Assembly (NCBI GenBank): GCA_039030515.1
Contig: JBCCEA010000028.1
Coordinates: forward strand, 1 to 53,857
Direction: 5' to 3'
Source: Myxococcota bacterium
GTDB taxonomy: Bacteria; Myxococcota_A; Polyangia; Polyangiales; Houyiibacteriaceae
DNA: 53,857 nucleotides
Shown piece after piece: positions 9,272 through 17,907 of this stretch; position 1 is the first letter of the stretch, and each line of letters begins with the position of its first letter. A program made the translations under genes and the position numbers. The notes below the pieces were generated by a model. The model was not told where the DNA came from. It saw only the letters and a list, made by a program, of their open reading frames with translations, and searched no databases.

Positions 9272-10342
9272 ATGCCCAAAAGAAATCGTGATGACGACCC
9301 TCTAGCTCCTTGTGGTAGAGGCCGTCCAGCTTCTCAAAAAAGACCTTGTAACGACGGGAGATGCGATGCACCAGTCGGCGCGCCAGCAGCCCCGCCTCAT
9401 CCACCGACATACCCGCCCCATACATGGGCATACTCGCCTTATCCACCGGCAGGCCCGTTTTATCCGGCAGGCCCACCCCATACATGGACATACTCGCCTT
9501 ATTCACCGGCAGGCCCGCCCCATACATGGACATACTTGCCTTATGGTGCAGTGCCTCCTCGGGGTGGACCGACAGGCTATCCCCCAACGCCTGCGACTCC
9601 TTGGGGACCTCAATGTCCCCGGGGTGCGTTAAGTCCCAGCTGTCCCTCTGAAGACATAACAAGAGAACAGAATATAGGGGAGGCAATCGGAGCAATTCAT
9701 CAAGCAAAGTTAACTAATCTGCCAAAGTTTCCTGCTAAGACTGCAAGAGATCTTTTGTTGGATGTGTCACCTTTTGCTGGAAAACTGGGGACTCCGCTAT
9801 TTCCCCAACACATCGAAACGTTATCCAATATATTAGAAGAAGCACATTTTGATCAACCGAGGCTATTGTCGTGTTTCGAGAGATTGGGCACAGGTTTTCC
9901 GCCTGTAGAGAGCGACAAGCGTATCGTGGAATGGATCTTGCGCACACTCGGTGATTTGCATACGCCTCTTCAGATCACTACAGCGGTTTTTGCACTAATG
10001 AAAATAGGCGTATTTAAGCACCGTAGATTCTGTAAAGGCGGAACTCAACACTGGATTCTTCCTTATTATCTACGGACCATCGATTATTTTTCTTTAATTA
10101 GAAATAAAAGCATCGGTCTCGAGAACGGAAATAAGCCTAACGCAAATGATCATCTTGTGCTTCTCATGATGGATGGACTTGTTGGTGAATATTTTATAGG
10201 CCTTTTTAGGGCACCAGGAAGACCCTTTTGGAGTTCAACCTTCAGTAACTGGCGACATGATCATGACAAGCACTATGAAAAGTATCCACGCACCTTTGAT
10301 ACTCAAAACCCTTTGTATGTCGCGCCAGGCAGTCTGACATGA
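9272..10342 (+). CDS. Hypothetical protein with Pro/Tyr-rich N-terminal repeats (PPHTWxYSPYxPAG) and an unrecognised C-terminal domain
   Basis: 356-aa ORF with ATG start; 42-bp repeat units at about 9413-9545; the C-terminal half is visibly AT-richer and reads like a globular domain. Confidence 0.7.
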   Translation: MPKRNRDDDPLAPCGRGRPASQKRPCNDGRCDAPVGAPAAPPHPPTYPPHTWAYSPYPPAGPFYPAGPPHTWTYSPYSPAGPPHTWTYLPYGAVPPRGGPTGYPPTPATPWGPQCPRGALSPSCPSEDITREQNIGEAIGAIHQAKLTNLPKFPAKTARDLLLDVSPFAGKLGTPLFPQHIETLSNILEEAHFDQPRLLSCFERLGTGFPPVESDKRIVEWILRTLGDLHTPLQITTAVFALMKIGVFKHRRFCKGGTQHWILPYYLRTIDYFSLIRNKSIGLENGNKPNANDHLVLLMMDGLVGEYFIGLFRAPGRPFWSSTFSNWRHDHDKHYEKYPRTFDTQNPLYVAPGSLT

Positions 10343-11169
10343 CTAGGCACACGGTCTAAACACAACTGCGAAAATGATGTGGTTAGATACACCTTGAGAT
10401 CGAGGTGATGTAACCAATCGAGAACCCCACAGCTCCAGCAGAATCATGTACAAAATTCGGTTTGCAGGCCGCAGCAGATTCGGCCGAGCAAAATCTACCC
10501 GCTGTAATCTTTTCAACAGCAGAGTCTCGACTCTCGCGCGCACAAAATCTGCATCGGTGCAAACAAACAATAGGCTCCAGAGCCGGACACCGTCATAAAA
10601 AGTGAGTGAGAGGCAGACTGTATGTTTCTTTTTGCCGGCAAATAGATTTGATGGGGATATATTCGCAGGAGCTCCACGCCCGCATCCGTCTGTGGGCAAG
10701 GAGCTGGAGGCTACCCGTCGATTCGTCAACAGCTACTCGATGCAAACGAGAATCGCAGGTGGTGGCTCAGCGTGGACAAGAGTGCTGCTGAGCTCGAAGA
10801 CCATCGCAACATGATTCACGTCATGAACCAAGAGTATGAACTCAAATTCATGAGACCTGATCAGGCTCGCTCTACGTCAGGAACGCTGCTTCACTTATGC
10901 GTTCTTGCAAAAAACACTCAGAGAGGCATCTGATGAAACTCTATTGATGACGCGAACAACCTCAAAACTGCAGGTAGATTTGCGCCAGACATTGAGCCCA
11001 ACCGAATAGAGCTTTAATATACGTTCATCTACCTCAAGCATTCGTTTATAAAACAAATGAACTCAGGCCTGGCCTATAAGACGGTATGGTCGAGCCCGGT
11101 CGATGCAGAAGAGGCCGAAAGTATATTTAAGCGACTCTTTTCTGATCGCTAAGACCTACTCAGCTTCGA

Positions 11170-11766
11170 TCACTCAGCGCTCTCCAAAGGACGCACCATG
11201 CGCCGAGTCGCAAGCTTGAGCTTTTCCATGATCATGCGGTCTTCAAAGACTCCCGAAGCCCATCCTACGAGCGCTGCAAACCAAATATGCTGCAGAAGCT
11301 CTGCGATTTCGCGCCACTCTTTGTCGGCATCACCTCCCCAGTCCAGTGGACCATCGACAGGCTGATCGCGTAGTGCAGCGACAAGGAGCATCGTCGTCAT
11401 CGCGTGAAAAGTGGCTACCTTGTCGTGAATCAACGGTCCACCGGTAGCGATCGAGCGCACCAAAGCTCGTGCGAGTTTGGGACGTTTGAGAAGCCCACGT
11501 GTCGCAGTAGAGAAAAAATGAAGAACCCGCTCTTCCGCGGTAGTCCCCGTGAGCGGACGTTTTTCGATCGCGTCTTGAAGTCGCTTGGCTTCTTGAGCCA
11601 ACGCAGCCACAAGAATCTCTTCTTTGCTCCGGAATCGCTTGTACACCGTTCCCAGCGCCACCTTGGCGTGAGCAGCCACGTCGCGCAGACGAACATTCGT
11701 AAAACCATCTTTTTCCGCAAGCTCTACAGCGGTATCGATGATTCGCTGGGATCGCTCGTCGGTCAT
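11170..11766 (-). CDS. TetR/AcrR family transcriptional regulator
   Basis: N-terminal HTH RIIDTAVELAEKDGFTNVRLRDVAAHAKVALGTVYKRFRSKEEIL. ATG at 11766 gives a typical length of about 200 aa (ORF open to 11931). Confidence 0.92.
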   Translation of the reverse strand: MTDERSQRIIDTAVELAEKDGFTNVRLRDVAAHAKVALGTVYKRFRSKEEILVAALAQEAKRLQDAIEKRPLTGTTAEERVLHFFSTATRGLLKRPKLARALVRSIATGGPLIHDKVATFHAMTTMLLVAALRDQPVDGPLDWGGDADKEWREIAELLQHIWFAALVGWASGVFEDRMIMEKLKLATRRMVRPLESAE

Positions 11767-12004
11767 CGCGCTATTCGATAGGGCTGTGGCATTTGCGAGG
11801 CACCCTGTCAGGTATGCATCCTTCGGGTCAAGTGAGCACCCTACAGCACCCCTAATTTGCGCTGGAATGCGAGCCAGGTAGAAGCGCGCTCTCTGCCCTA
11901 CGTGGCGTGGCAAACGCAGTACCGGATGCACAAAACTTCAAAATGAAGCACGGACTTCATCAGGGGATACAAAAGACGAGTCAGCAGTCGTACTGACTTT
12001 ATAG

Positions 12005-12196
12005 ATGATGATCTCGTCCATTCCTCATTCAGACCGGTCCACCGCTCCATACGGCCTAGACCGCACGTTTCTCACCCCAATCGAGCGGACATACACCTCT
12101 GCAAACGGCGAGCTTGCTGACGCGGTGCTTGCCTATGTCGAAGGTCAGAGCCAGGCAGACTCAAAGACGCTGCGCAACTGGAAGTATCGCCAGTAG
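12005..12196 (+). CDS. Possible small protein (63 aa) divergent from the TetR gene
   Basis: ATG-started ORF filling the gap between tetR and the receptor 3' end, with plausible composition. No recognisable motif. Confidence 0.3.
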   Translation: MMISSIPHSDRSTAPYGLDRTFLTPIERTYTSANGELADAVLAYVEGQSQADSKTLRNWKYRQ

Positions 12197-12311
12197 AGAC
12201 GCGACGATGTATGCCCCGGTCGGAAGTCGACTACTCTTGAGCATCTTCCATGAGCTCGACCGTTCAGAAGCACGGGCAAGTTTGCACCCGCGCAGTGTGT
12301 AAGAGAGTGAT

Positions 12312-14705
12312 TTAAAGGTCGAAACGGGCACCGACGTGGAGACCAAAGGGTTTGGCGGGACGCGCACCAAAGGGACGCCGAGCGGCAATAGGTTCGGCAA
12401 AAGTGAGGTTCTCAAGACGAAGGTAGGTTTCAAGCCGCTCCACCGGCCGCAATCGACCGACGACGTCGAGCATGACGTAATCGTCGGTTTGTAGGCTAGC
12501 GGTATCCGCCTGTTCACGCATCTGCCCGACATAAACCAGTGAGGTGTCCAATCCGAACATACGGTGGGCTACTCCGGCGATAAAGGCGGCTTGATGCCTT
12601 GGAACATAGGGAAGTTCATCACCTTTTTCTACCTCTCCAAAAGTGGGATTTTCGGATTCAAAGTCATTACGGAATGCAGAGCGGGTGTAGGTATACGAAG
12701 CTCTAAGTGGTAGCGAGAAGCTATTCTTAAGCTCCACCACGTGCTTCACGGTAGTTTCAACACCCCAAATAAACACTTCACCTCCATTGAACTGTCGATC
12801 GAGTAACTCGGTCGAGCACCCAGAAGAGAATGTGCATTCACCAAGCAAGTTTTCATAATCGCTGAAGAACCCGATGACTTCGACAGCGCTGTTGTCACGC
12901 CGGAAGCGGGCACCAAACTCATAGTTGGTCGCGATTTCCGGGTCGACCGAGCTCGGTTGTCCTGGTGAAACCGGACTGAACCCCCGATGTACCCCTGCGA
13001 GCAGGCCCACGTCTTCGTGGATCTGATACTGAAGCCCGAGGCCCGGAAGAACCACCGCGTGATTTGCGCTGTTGTTCGCACCGATAAGGCGGTCGTCCAA
13101 CTCGGTTCGAATCGACTCGAAGCGCATACCCGGTGTCGCCGTAAGCGATCCGACGCGAATCTCGTAGGCTAGATGACCTGCCAGTGCCAGAGCCGAACCC
13201 GTGTTGTCGGTAGCCAAACTCTCGGCAAGACCGTCGCGAACCAGCTGCTGATTCTGCATCAGATAGCCTTCTTCGACGTGATCTCGAACGACTTCATCGT
13301 AGTGCAGCCGAAGGGCAGCATCGACGCGGTGCTGGACGTTTCCGGTTTCAAACGAGGTGGAAAAGCTCGTCTGTATTCCTTGAGAAACAAACTCGCGATC
13401 GTTGTCGATCAACATCAGGGATTCGTCGGCACTACTCGAATCCTGATCGCCGGTAAGCACTTGATAAAAAACCTCTCGGCGCCCGGTAGGATCATTGAGG
13501 ATGTCAAAGAGGCTGGGACCATCACGAAACCGATTGAGTCTTCTCCACGATCGATCGAAATTGTGGCGATAAAGGGTGGTCACCAGTCGGTAGTCTTCAC
13601 CCCACTCCAGTCCATATCGAACGATTCCCGAAAGCCGATGCCAGCGCATGCGATCAAGTTCGCTTGAGACGTAACGACGATAGGGATCCCGATTGAAATC
13701 CGCGTCCGTGAGTCCAAGGTAGGTCTCATTCGAGCGCTCCTGAGAGAATGTCATTCGGGCTTCCAATCGATGAAAAAGATCCCTATTGGGGTCGCTTTGC
13801 AGAAACCCGGAGACGCTCCCTTCGGTCCGCCAAAAGCCAGTAGGACGATCGGTGAAGTCGATGTCCTTGAACCCTTCAGAGGCTAGATCCACGATTTCAA
13901 AGAGTATGCCTCCCCACTCATTGCTCGTACCCCACCAAAGGTGCGCTTTGCGGGAACGATAAATACCGTAGGAAAGATCGACTTGCCCCTGTGCGTCTTT
14001 TGGAACCGGTCGTGACAAAAGATTGATGGCGCCCCCGATCGTGTTGGGACCATAGGGAATCGCAGCTGGACCCTTGAAGACCTCCACCCCGGTGATGCGA
14101 GTCATGAGCGGAAAATAGTAGGCGGCCGGGGCTGAGTAGGGAGCGGGACCAAAGAGAACCCCGTCCTCGAGCAGGGTCACCTTCTTGCTGCGGTCAGAGG
14201 AGCCTCCGCGAATACCGATATTGGGTCTGAGACCAAATCCGTCCTCGGTGCGGAGGTACACGCCCGGGACTTGACGCAATACGCTGTGGGGATCGTCGTA
14301 TTCGTAGATTTCGAGTTCTTCTTGGGAGATCAGATTGACCGACCCCCCCACTCGAAAAGCATCTTCTGGGGTAAAGGGCACCACCAGCGTGTCCACCTGA
14401 AAAAGGTCTACGTTCGCTAGGGCATCAAGTTCCGTTAGGGCATCGAGTTCCGTTAGGGCATCGAGTTCCGTTAGGGCATCGAGTTCCGTTAGGGCATCGA
14501 GTTCCGCTAGGGCATCGGGTTCCGTTAGGGCATCGGATTCCGTTAGGGCATCGGATTCCGCCACCTCACGAGAACCTTCTTCAGTCGGCAGAACGGAAGC
14601 TGAAGAAGGTTCAGGTAGCTCAACGTCTGACTGAGCTCGCAGGGCAAAAGGAGTTTGAAGCACGAGGATCGCTAGCATGCAGAGGACTGACGTATTGCGG
14701 TTCAT
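12312..14705 (-). CDS. TonB-dependent outer-membrane receptor (FecA-like iron-complex type)
   Basis: Signal peptide from ATG 14705; TonB-box-like DTLVV; plug motifs LRQVPGV, GLRPNIGIRG, LLEDGV, VEVFKGPAAIPYGPNTIGGAINL; C-terminal LENLT...GARFDL. Confidence 0.95.
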   Translation of the reverse strand: MNRNTSVLCMLAILVLQTPFALRAQSDVELPEPSSASVLPTEEGSREVAESDALTESDALTEPDALAELDALTELDALTELDALTELDALTELDALANVDLFQVDTLVVPFTPEDAFRVGGSVNLISQEELEIYEYDDPHSVLRQVPGVYLRTEDGFGLRPNIGIRGGSSDRSKKVTLLEDGVLFGPAPYSAPAAYYFPLMTRITGVEVFKGPAAIPYGPNTIGGAINLLSRPVPKDAQGQVDLSYGIYRSRKAHLWWGTSNEWGGILFEIVDLASEGFKDIDFTDRPTGFWRTEGSVSGFLQSDPNRDLFHRLEARMTFSQERSNETYLGLTDADFNRDPYRRYVSSELDRMRWHRLSGIVRYGLEWGEDYRLVTTLYRHNFDRSWRRLNRFRDGPSLFDILNDPTGRREVFYQVLTGDQDSSSADESLMLIDNDREFVSQGIQTSFSTSFETGNVQHRVDAALRLHYDEVVRDHVEEGYLMQNQQLVRDGLAESLATDNTGSALALAGHLAYEIRVGSLTATPGMRFESIRTELDDRLIGANNSANHAVVLPGLGLQYQIHEDVGLLAGVHRGFSPVSPGQPSSVDPEIATNYEFGARFRRDNSAVEVIGFFSDYENLLGECTFSSGCSTELLDRQFNGGEVFIWGVETTVKHVVELKNSFSLPLRASYTYTRSAFRNDFESENPTFGEVEKGDELPYVPRHQAAFIAGVAHRMFGLDTSLVYVGQMREQADTASLQTDDYVMLDVVGRLRPVERLETYLRLENLTFAEPIAARRPFGARPAKPFGLHVGARFDL
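14416..14562 (-). repeat. In-frame 18-bp tandem repeat (about 8 copies) encoding DALTEL-like hexapeptides in the receptor N-terminus
   Basis: Unit TTAGGGCATCGAGTTCCG repeated with small variants. Confidence 0.9.
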
Positions 14706-14727
14706 GAGTGGATAACAGCTCCGGGCA

Positions 14728-16239
14728 TTAGATCGCGTGCGTGCGCACGATTGCAGAGCGCAAAGAGCTCGATGCGAACGGGGCGCTGGATGCAAATGGC
14801 GTGACGTACGTTGCGGGCATCAGGCCGTCCGAAACCTTGGATAGATCGATTTGCGGATCGACCATCGGCCTCGCCGGACGTCCGTTTAAGGAAACGAGCG
14901 CATGTACTCGAACTTGCACATTTCGATGACCGCGATCTTGGAGATCGTCGCGAATCTGGTGGGCAAGTTGCAAAATCAAGTCCGGCTGTCCGGACATCTC
15001 CCGCTCCTGGTGGGCGGTGAGATAGCGACTCGGAGCGATGAGACGTTCTCGGGTGCTGCCGTCGTAGAGGACTCGATACATCACGCTGCCGTTTTTCTCC
15101 CGGACCATCACCCGCCACGACCAACGCATTCCCTGTTCGTGCCATAAAACGTTACCCCCGTAGAGATGACTCCGAAGTGGAATCAAGATCTGGGCAAGTG
15201 CAAAAAGGGCGAGCATGCTTCGCGCCAGCGAATCCCAAAAGGCGGGTCGCGCTCGGTAGGCGCGCGATGTGGCAGCTGTGGATTCAAATCTAAAGTGGTC
15301 TCTCCCCTTCCCAGCGCGCCACGCTCGGCCCAAGCGCGACGCCTGCAGCCAATGACCCATCTGCCTGGGCCAGCGCTCTCCGAGAAAGACGCTGGCTGAA
15401 GCCACCATAATCCATGGAAAAAGCCCGATATTGAATAGAGCGCCGGTGAGCGAATGAAACACGACGACCGCTCCAAAAGCCCACAAGCGCGTCCGCCGAA
15501 TGCTCAGCCAAAAGGGAATCGTGGTGTCAAAAAGAAAACCGCCCCAGCTCATCGCCAAAGCCATGCCTGGCTCGTCAAAGAAACGACCGATAACGGGAGT
15601 CTCAGTTCGGGCCGCAAGCCAGATAGAGAGCGGCTCTCCCTGGATAAGCCAGTCCGGGCCGAACTTCGCAAGTCCTGCGTTGAGATACACGATCCCCACC
15701 TGAAATCGGAGCGCCAGCAGAGCCCATCGAGGCAGTGAAGTATCGCGCGTCTGGCTCGCAAAATAGGTTTCGATGGAGCCCACTTTATTGAGCGGCAAAA
15801 TCGCGAGCCAGAAACAGAGCAGACTGACTAAATAATAGTGATTCAGATAGTTGGTGACATCGATCAGCTCAACGTAGGTGAACACAAGCAGGTAAACAAA
15901 AGCCGCCAGTCTGTAGAAAAGCCCGAGCGTAACGCAAAGCCCCAAAAAGACGAGAAGGACAAAAGCCGCGTGCATCAGATTCGGCGAAAGCACCTCGATC
16001 CAGGCGAAACCCCAATATTTAAAATAGAAGCGCGGCTCGACGAAAAAACGAGTCACCCAGTCGTTTGCCAGAAAACGTGCCGGGGCAAAGGCGAGAATCA
16101 AACCAAACGCGATACGAAAAAAGGCCAGCGAAGCTCCGTCCACCGGAGTCCGGCCATAGCGGAGCAGGCCTTCAAATCTCGACAATCGGAGTCGGCTCTT
16201 CCGATGAGTGGCGTCCGTGACTGCGACAACCGTGGACAT
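14728..16239 (-). CDS. HTTM-domain membrane protein, vitamin K-dependent gamma-glutamyl carboxylase homolog
   Basis: SLAFFRIAFG, NYLNHYYL, LRFQVGIVYLNAGLAKFGPDW, FNIGLFPWIM, MRWSWRVM and SLNGRPARPMVDPQIDL parallel conserved GGCX/HTTM blocks. Multiple transmembrane helices. Confidence 0.9.
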   Translation of the reverse strand: MSTVVAVTDATHRKSRLRLSRFEGLLRYGRTPVDGASLAFFRIAFGLILAFAPARFLANDWVTRFFVEPRFYFKYWGFAWIEVLSPNLMHAAFVLLVFLGLCVTLGLFYRLAAFVYLLVFTYVELIDVTNYLNHYYLVSLLCFWLAILPLNKVGSIETYFASQTRDTSLPRWALLALRFQVGIVYLNAGLAKFGPDWLIQGEPLSIWLAARTETPVIGRFFDEPGMALAMSWGGFLFDTTIPFWLSIRRTRLWAFGAVVVFHSLTGALFNIGLFPWIMVASASVFLGERWPRQMGHWLQASRLGRAWRAGKGRDHFRFESTAATSRAYRARPAFWDSLARSMLALFALAQILIPLRSHLYGGNVLWHEQGMRWSWRVMVREKNGSVMYRVLYDGSTRERLIAPSRYLTAHQEREMSGQPDLILQLAHQIRDDLQDRGHRNVQVRVHALVSLNGRPARPMVDPQIDLSKVSDGLMPATYVTPFASSAPFASSSLRSAIVRTHAI

Positions 16240-16265
16240 TTCGCTCGATCGATCGGGCAGCGAAC

Positions 16266-17567
16266 CTAATCGTTGTCTCCTTCGGCTCGATTGGGGATCT
16301 CGAGGTCCAAAACGGTGACGAATCGGGTCTTGAGCTCGTCGGTCACAGCCTGCACCATGGAGTGCGCAAGACGCACCTGGTCGGGATCCTTTTGAAGTTC
16401 GAGCAACATCGAGTCTTCGAGCCCCTGAACGTGGGCGATCGCTCCATCGATTGCCTCCAGCATCGCGCTGGCCACATCATTTGAACCTTCTGCCTGAAGC
16501 AGCTCTTCAAATCCGATACCGGATTCCGATCCGGTAAACACATTTCGGAATCCCTGCAAGTTGGCTTCTATGTGGGCGAGACTTTGATCGGCAAAGTCCG
16601 ACTCTCGCAGCTCAGGACAGATCTCACCCGGACATACCGTGGAAATCCCGGAGGGGTCGGCCAGCTTCATATCCTTACTTTCTTTATCTAGGTAGAAAAG
16701 CGCATCGGAGATGGCGTTCAGCCCCTCTTGCGCTGTGGAGTAGACTCGGTTTTGGTTGCCGGCGAGACGAAGCTGATCGAGAAAGTGAGGGTCCCAACGT
16801 TCGACGAGGGTCTCGGCGTACTCGCGTATGCGCTTTGCCTCCACCGCTGCATAGGACGCTCGGCGTAGACGCAGCTCTGCTGCCGAAAGCGCGGCCCACA
16901 GTCCGTCGCGATTGATGCGGTCATCAGAGTCACAGGCATTGTCCGAGGATTCAGGTTCGTCCACAAAGAGCAGATACTCGACAACGTCTAGACCGTGCGC
17001 ATTGATCGCAAGCACAGAAAAAAGCTGGGTGTTTGCGTAGGACTGCTCGGTGAGCACCTGATCCACGACGCAGCGGTTCACGAGAGGCCAAGAGTAAATC
17101 TCATCCCGCAAATCTTCCCCGCCAGGGGTGAGGTTCATGACGCCTGCCGGACCAAACTGCATCAACTCTGCGCGTTGCCAAACAGCGATAGCGTCCAAAA
17201 ACGCTTGCTGCGCCTCATTCCGCGCGGCTTCGGCCATCTCTTCGGTGGACGCGTCGACCGCCTGCTGCAGGCTCGCGGTCGACGTTTCGAGGTCTTGCGC
17301 CGCTTCGAGAAATTCTTCGTAGGTCGGCAGAGCAACCTCTGAAGCGATCGAAAGCAGTGCTTCGCCACGTATTCCGGTATCGCTCAACGCCCCGGATAGG
17401 GAAGTTCCGTCGCTGTCGCTACACGCGATGAGGTGCATGCAGGTAATCGCGCCGACCATCGCCTGAAGCAGTGCAGCCCCGGAACTGGAGGCACTCGCCG
17501 GCACGCCGACGCCCAAGACTTCATCGGCGCCGGTCTTGTCGCGTGTTTGCAATCCCATTTGCTTCAT
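16266..17567 (-). CDS. Imelysin-family (peptidase M75 / IrpA-like) lipoprotein
   Basis: AWQRAELMQFGP-like block, HGLDVVEYLLF, MKLADP, RESDFADQSL and C-terminal AEGDND; lipobox-like LIAC. Start is uncertain (17618, 17567 or later). Confidence 0.88.
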   Translation of the reverse strand: MKQMGLQTRDKTGADEVLGVGVPASASSSGAALLQAMVGAITCMHLIACSDSDGTSLSGALSDTGIRGEALLSIASEVALPTYEEFLEAAQDLETSTASLQQAVDASTEEMAEAARNEAQQAFLDAIAVWQRAELMQFGPAGVMNLTPGGEDLRDEIYSWPLVNRCVVDQVLTEQSYANTQLFSVLAINAHGLDVVEYLLFVDEPESSDNACDSDDRINRDGLWAALSAAELRLRRASYAAVEAKRIREYAETLVERWDPHFLDQLRLAGNQNRVYSTAQEGLNAISDALFYLDKESKDMKLADPSGISTVCPGEICPELRESDFADQSLAHIEANLQGFRNVFTGSESGIGFEELLQAEGSNDVASAMLEAIDGAIAHVQGLEDSMLLELQKDPDQVRLAHSMVQAVTDELKTRFVTVLDLEIPNRAEGDND

Positions 17568-17643
17568 GATTCGCCTGCTCTTCGATTCATTCCAGATGCG
17601 CTCGAGATTCGCTCCCAACCAAGGGAGGGACGTACGCAGAGCA

Positions 17644-17668
17644 GCTAATGAAAATCATTTTCATTAGC
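17644..17668. promoter_or_regulatory. Fur-box-like operator upstream of the imelysin-HTTM-TBDR operon
   Basis: Perfect 12-1-12 palindrome GCTAATGAAAAT-C-ATTTTCATTAGC. Its central 19 bp differ from the 9-1-9 Fur model AATGATAATNATTATCATT at two symmetric positions. It is an AT-rich island directly upstream of iron-uptake-type genes. Confidence 0.8.
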
Positions 17669-17907
17669 GAGGCCGACAAAGATGCTCCGGGGCTGCGTGG
17701 TGCGCAAGATGAATATGCCTGAGGGCACCGAACGTTCAGCTCTGACTTGGTAGTTTCAGAACACCGCAGGCTGGAGCTAACGCGTTTCAGCTCGGTTTGA
17801 GTGCCGTATGCCGCTGTTGCGGAGAGCTCGAGCTGGTTCGCTGGATGCACTCGCATGCATAGCCCGAGGATACCGAGCGTAAACAGACGTGCATCCGTCA
17901 ATGGAGG

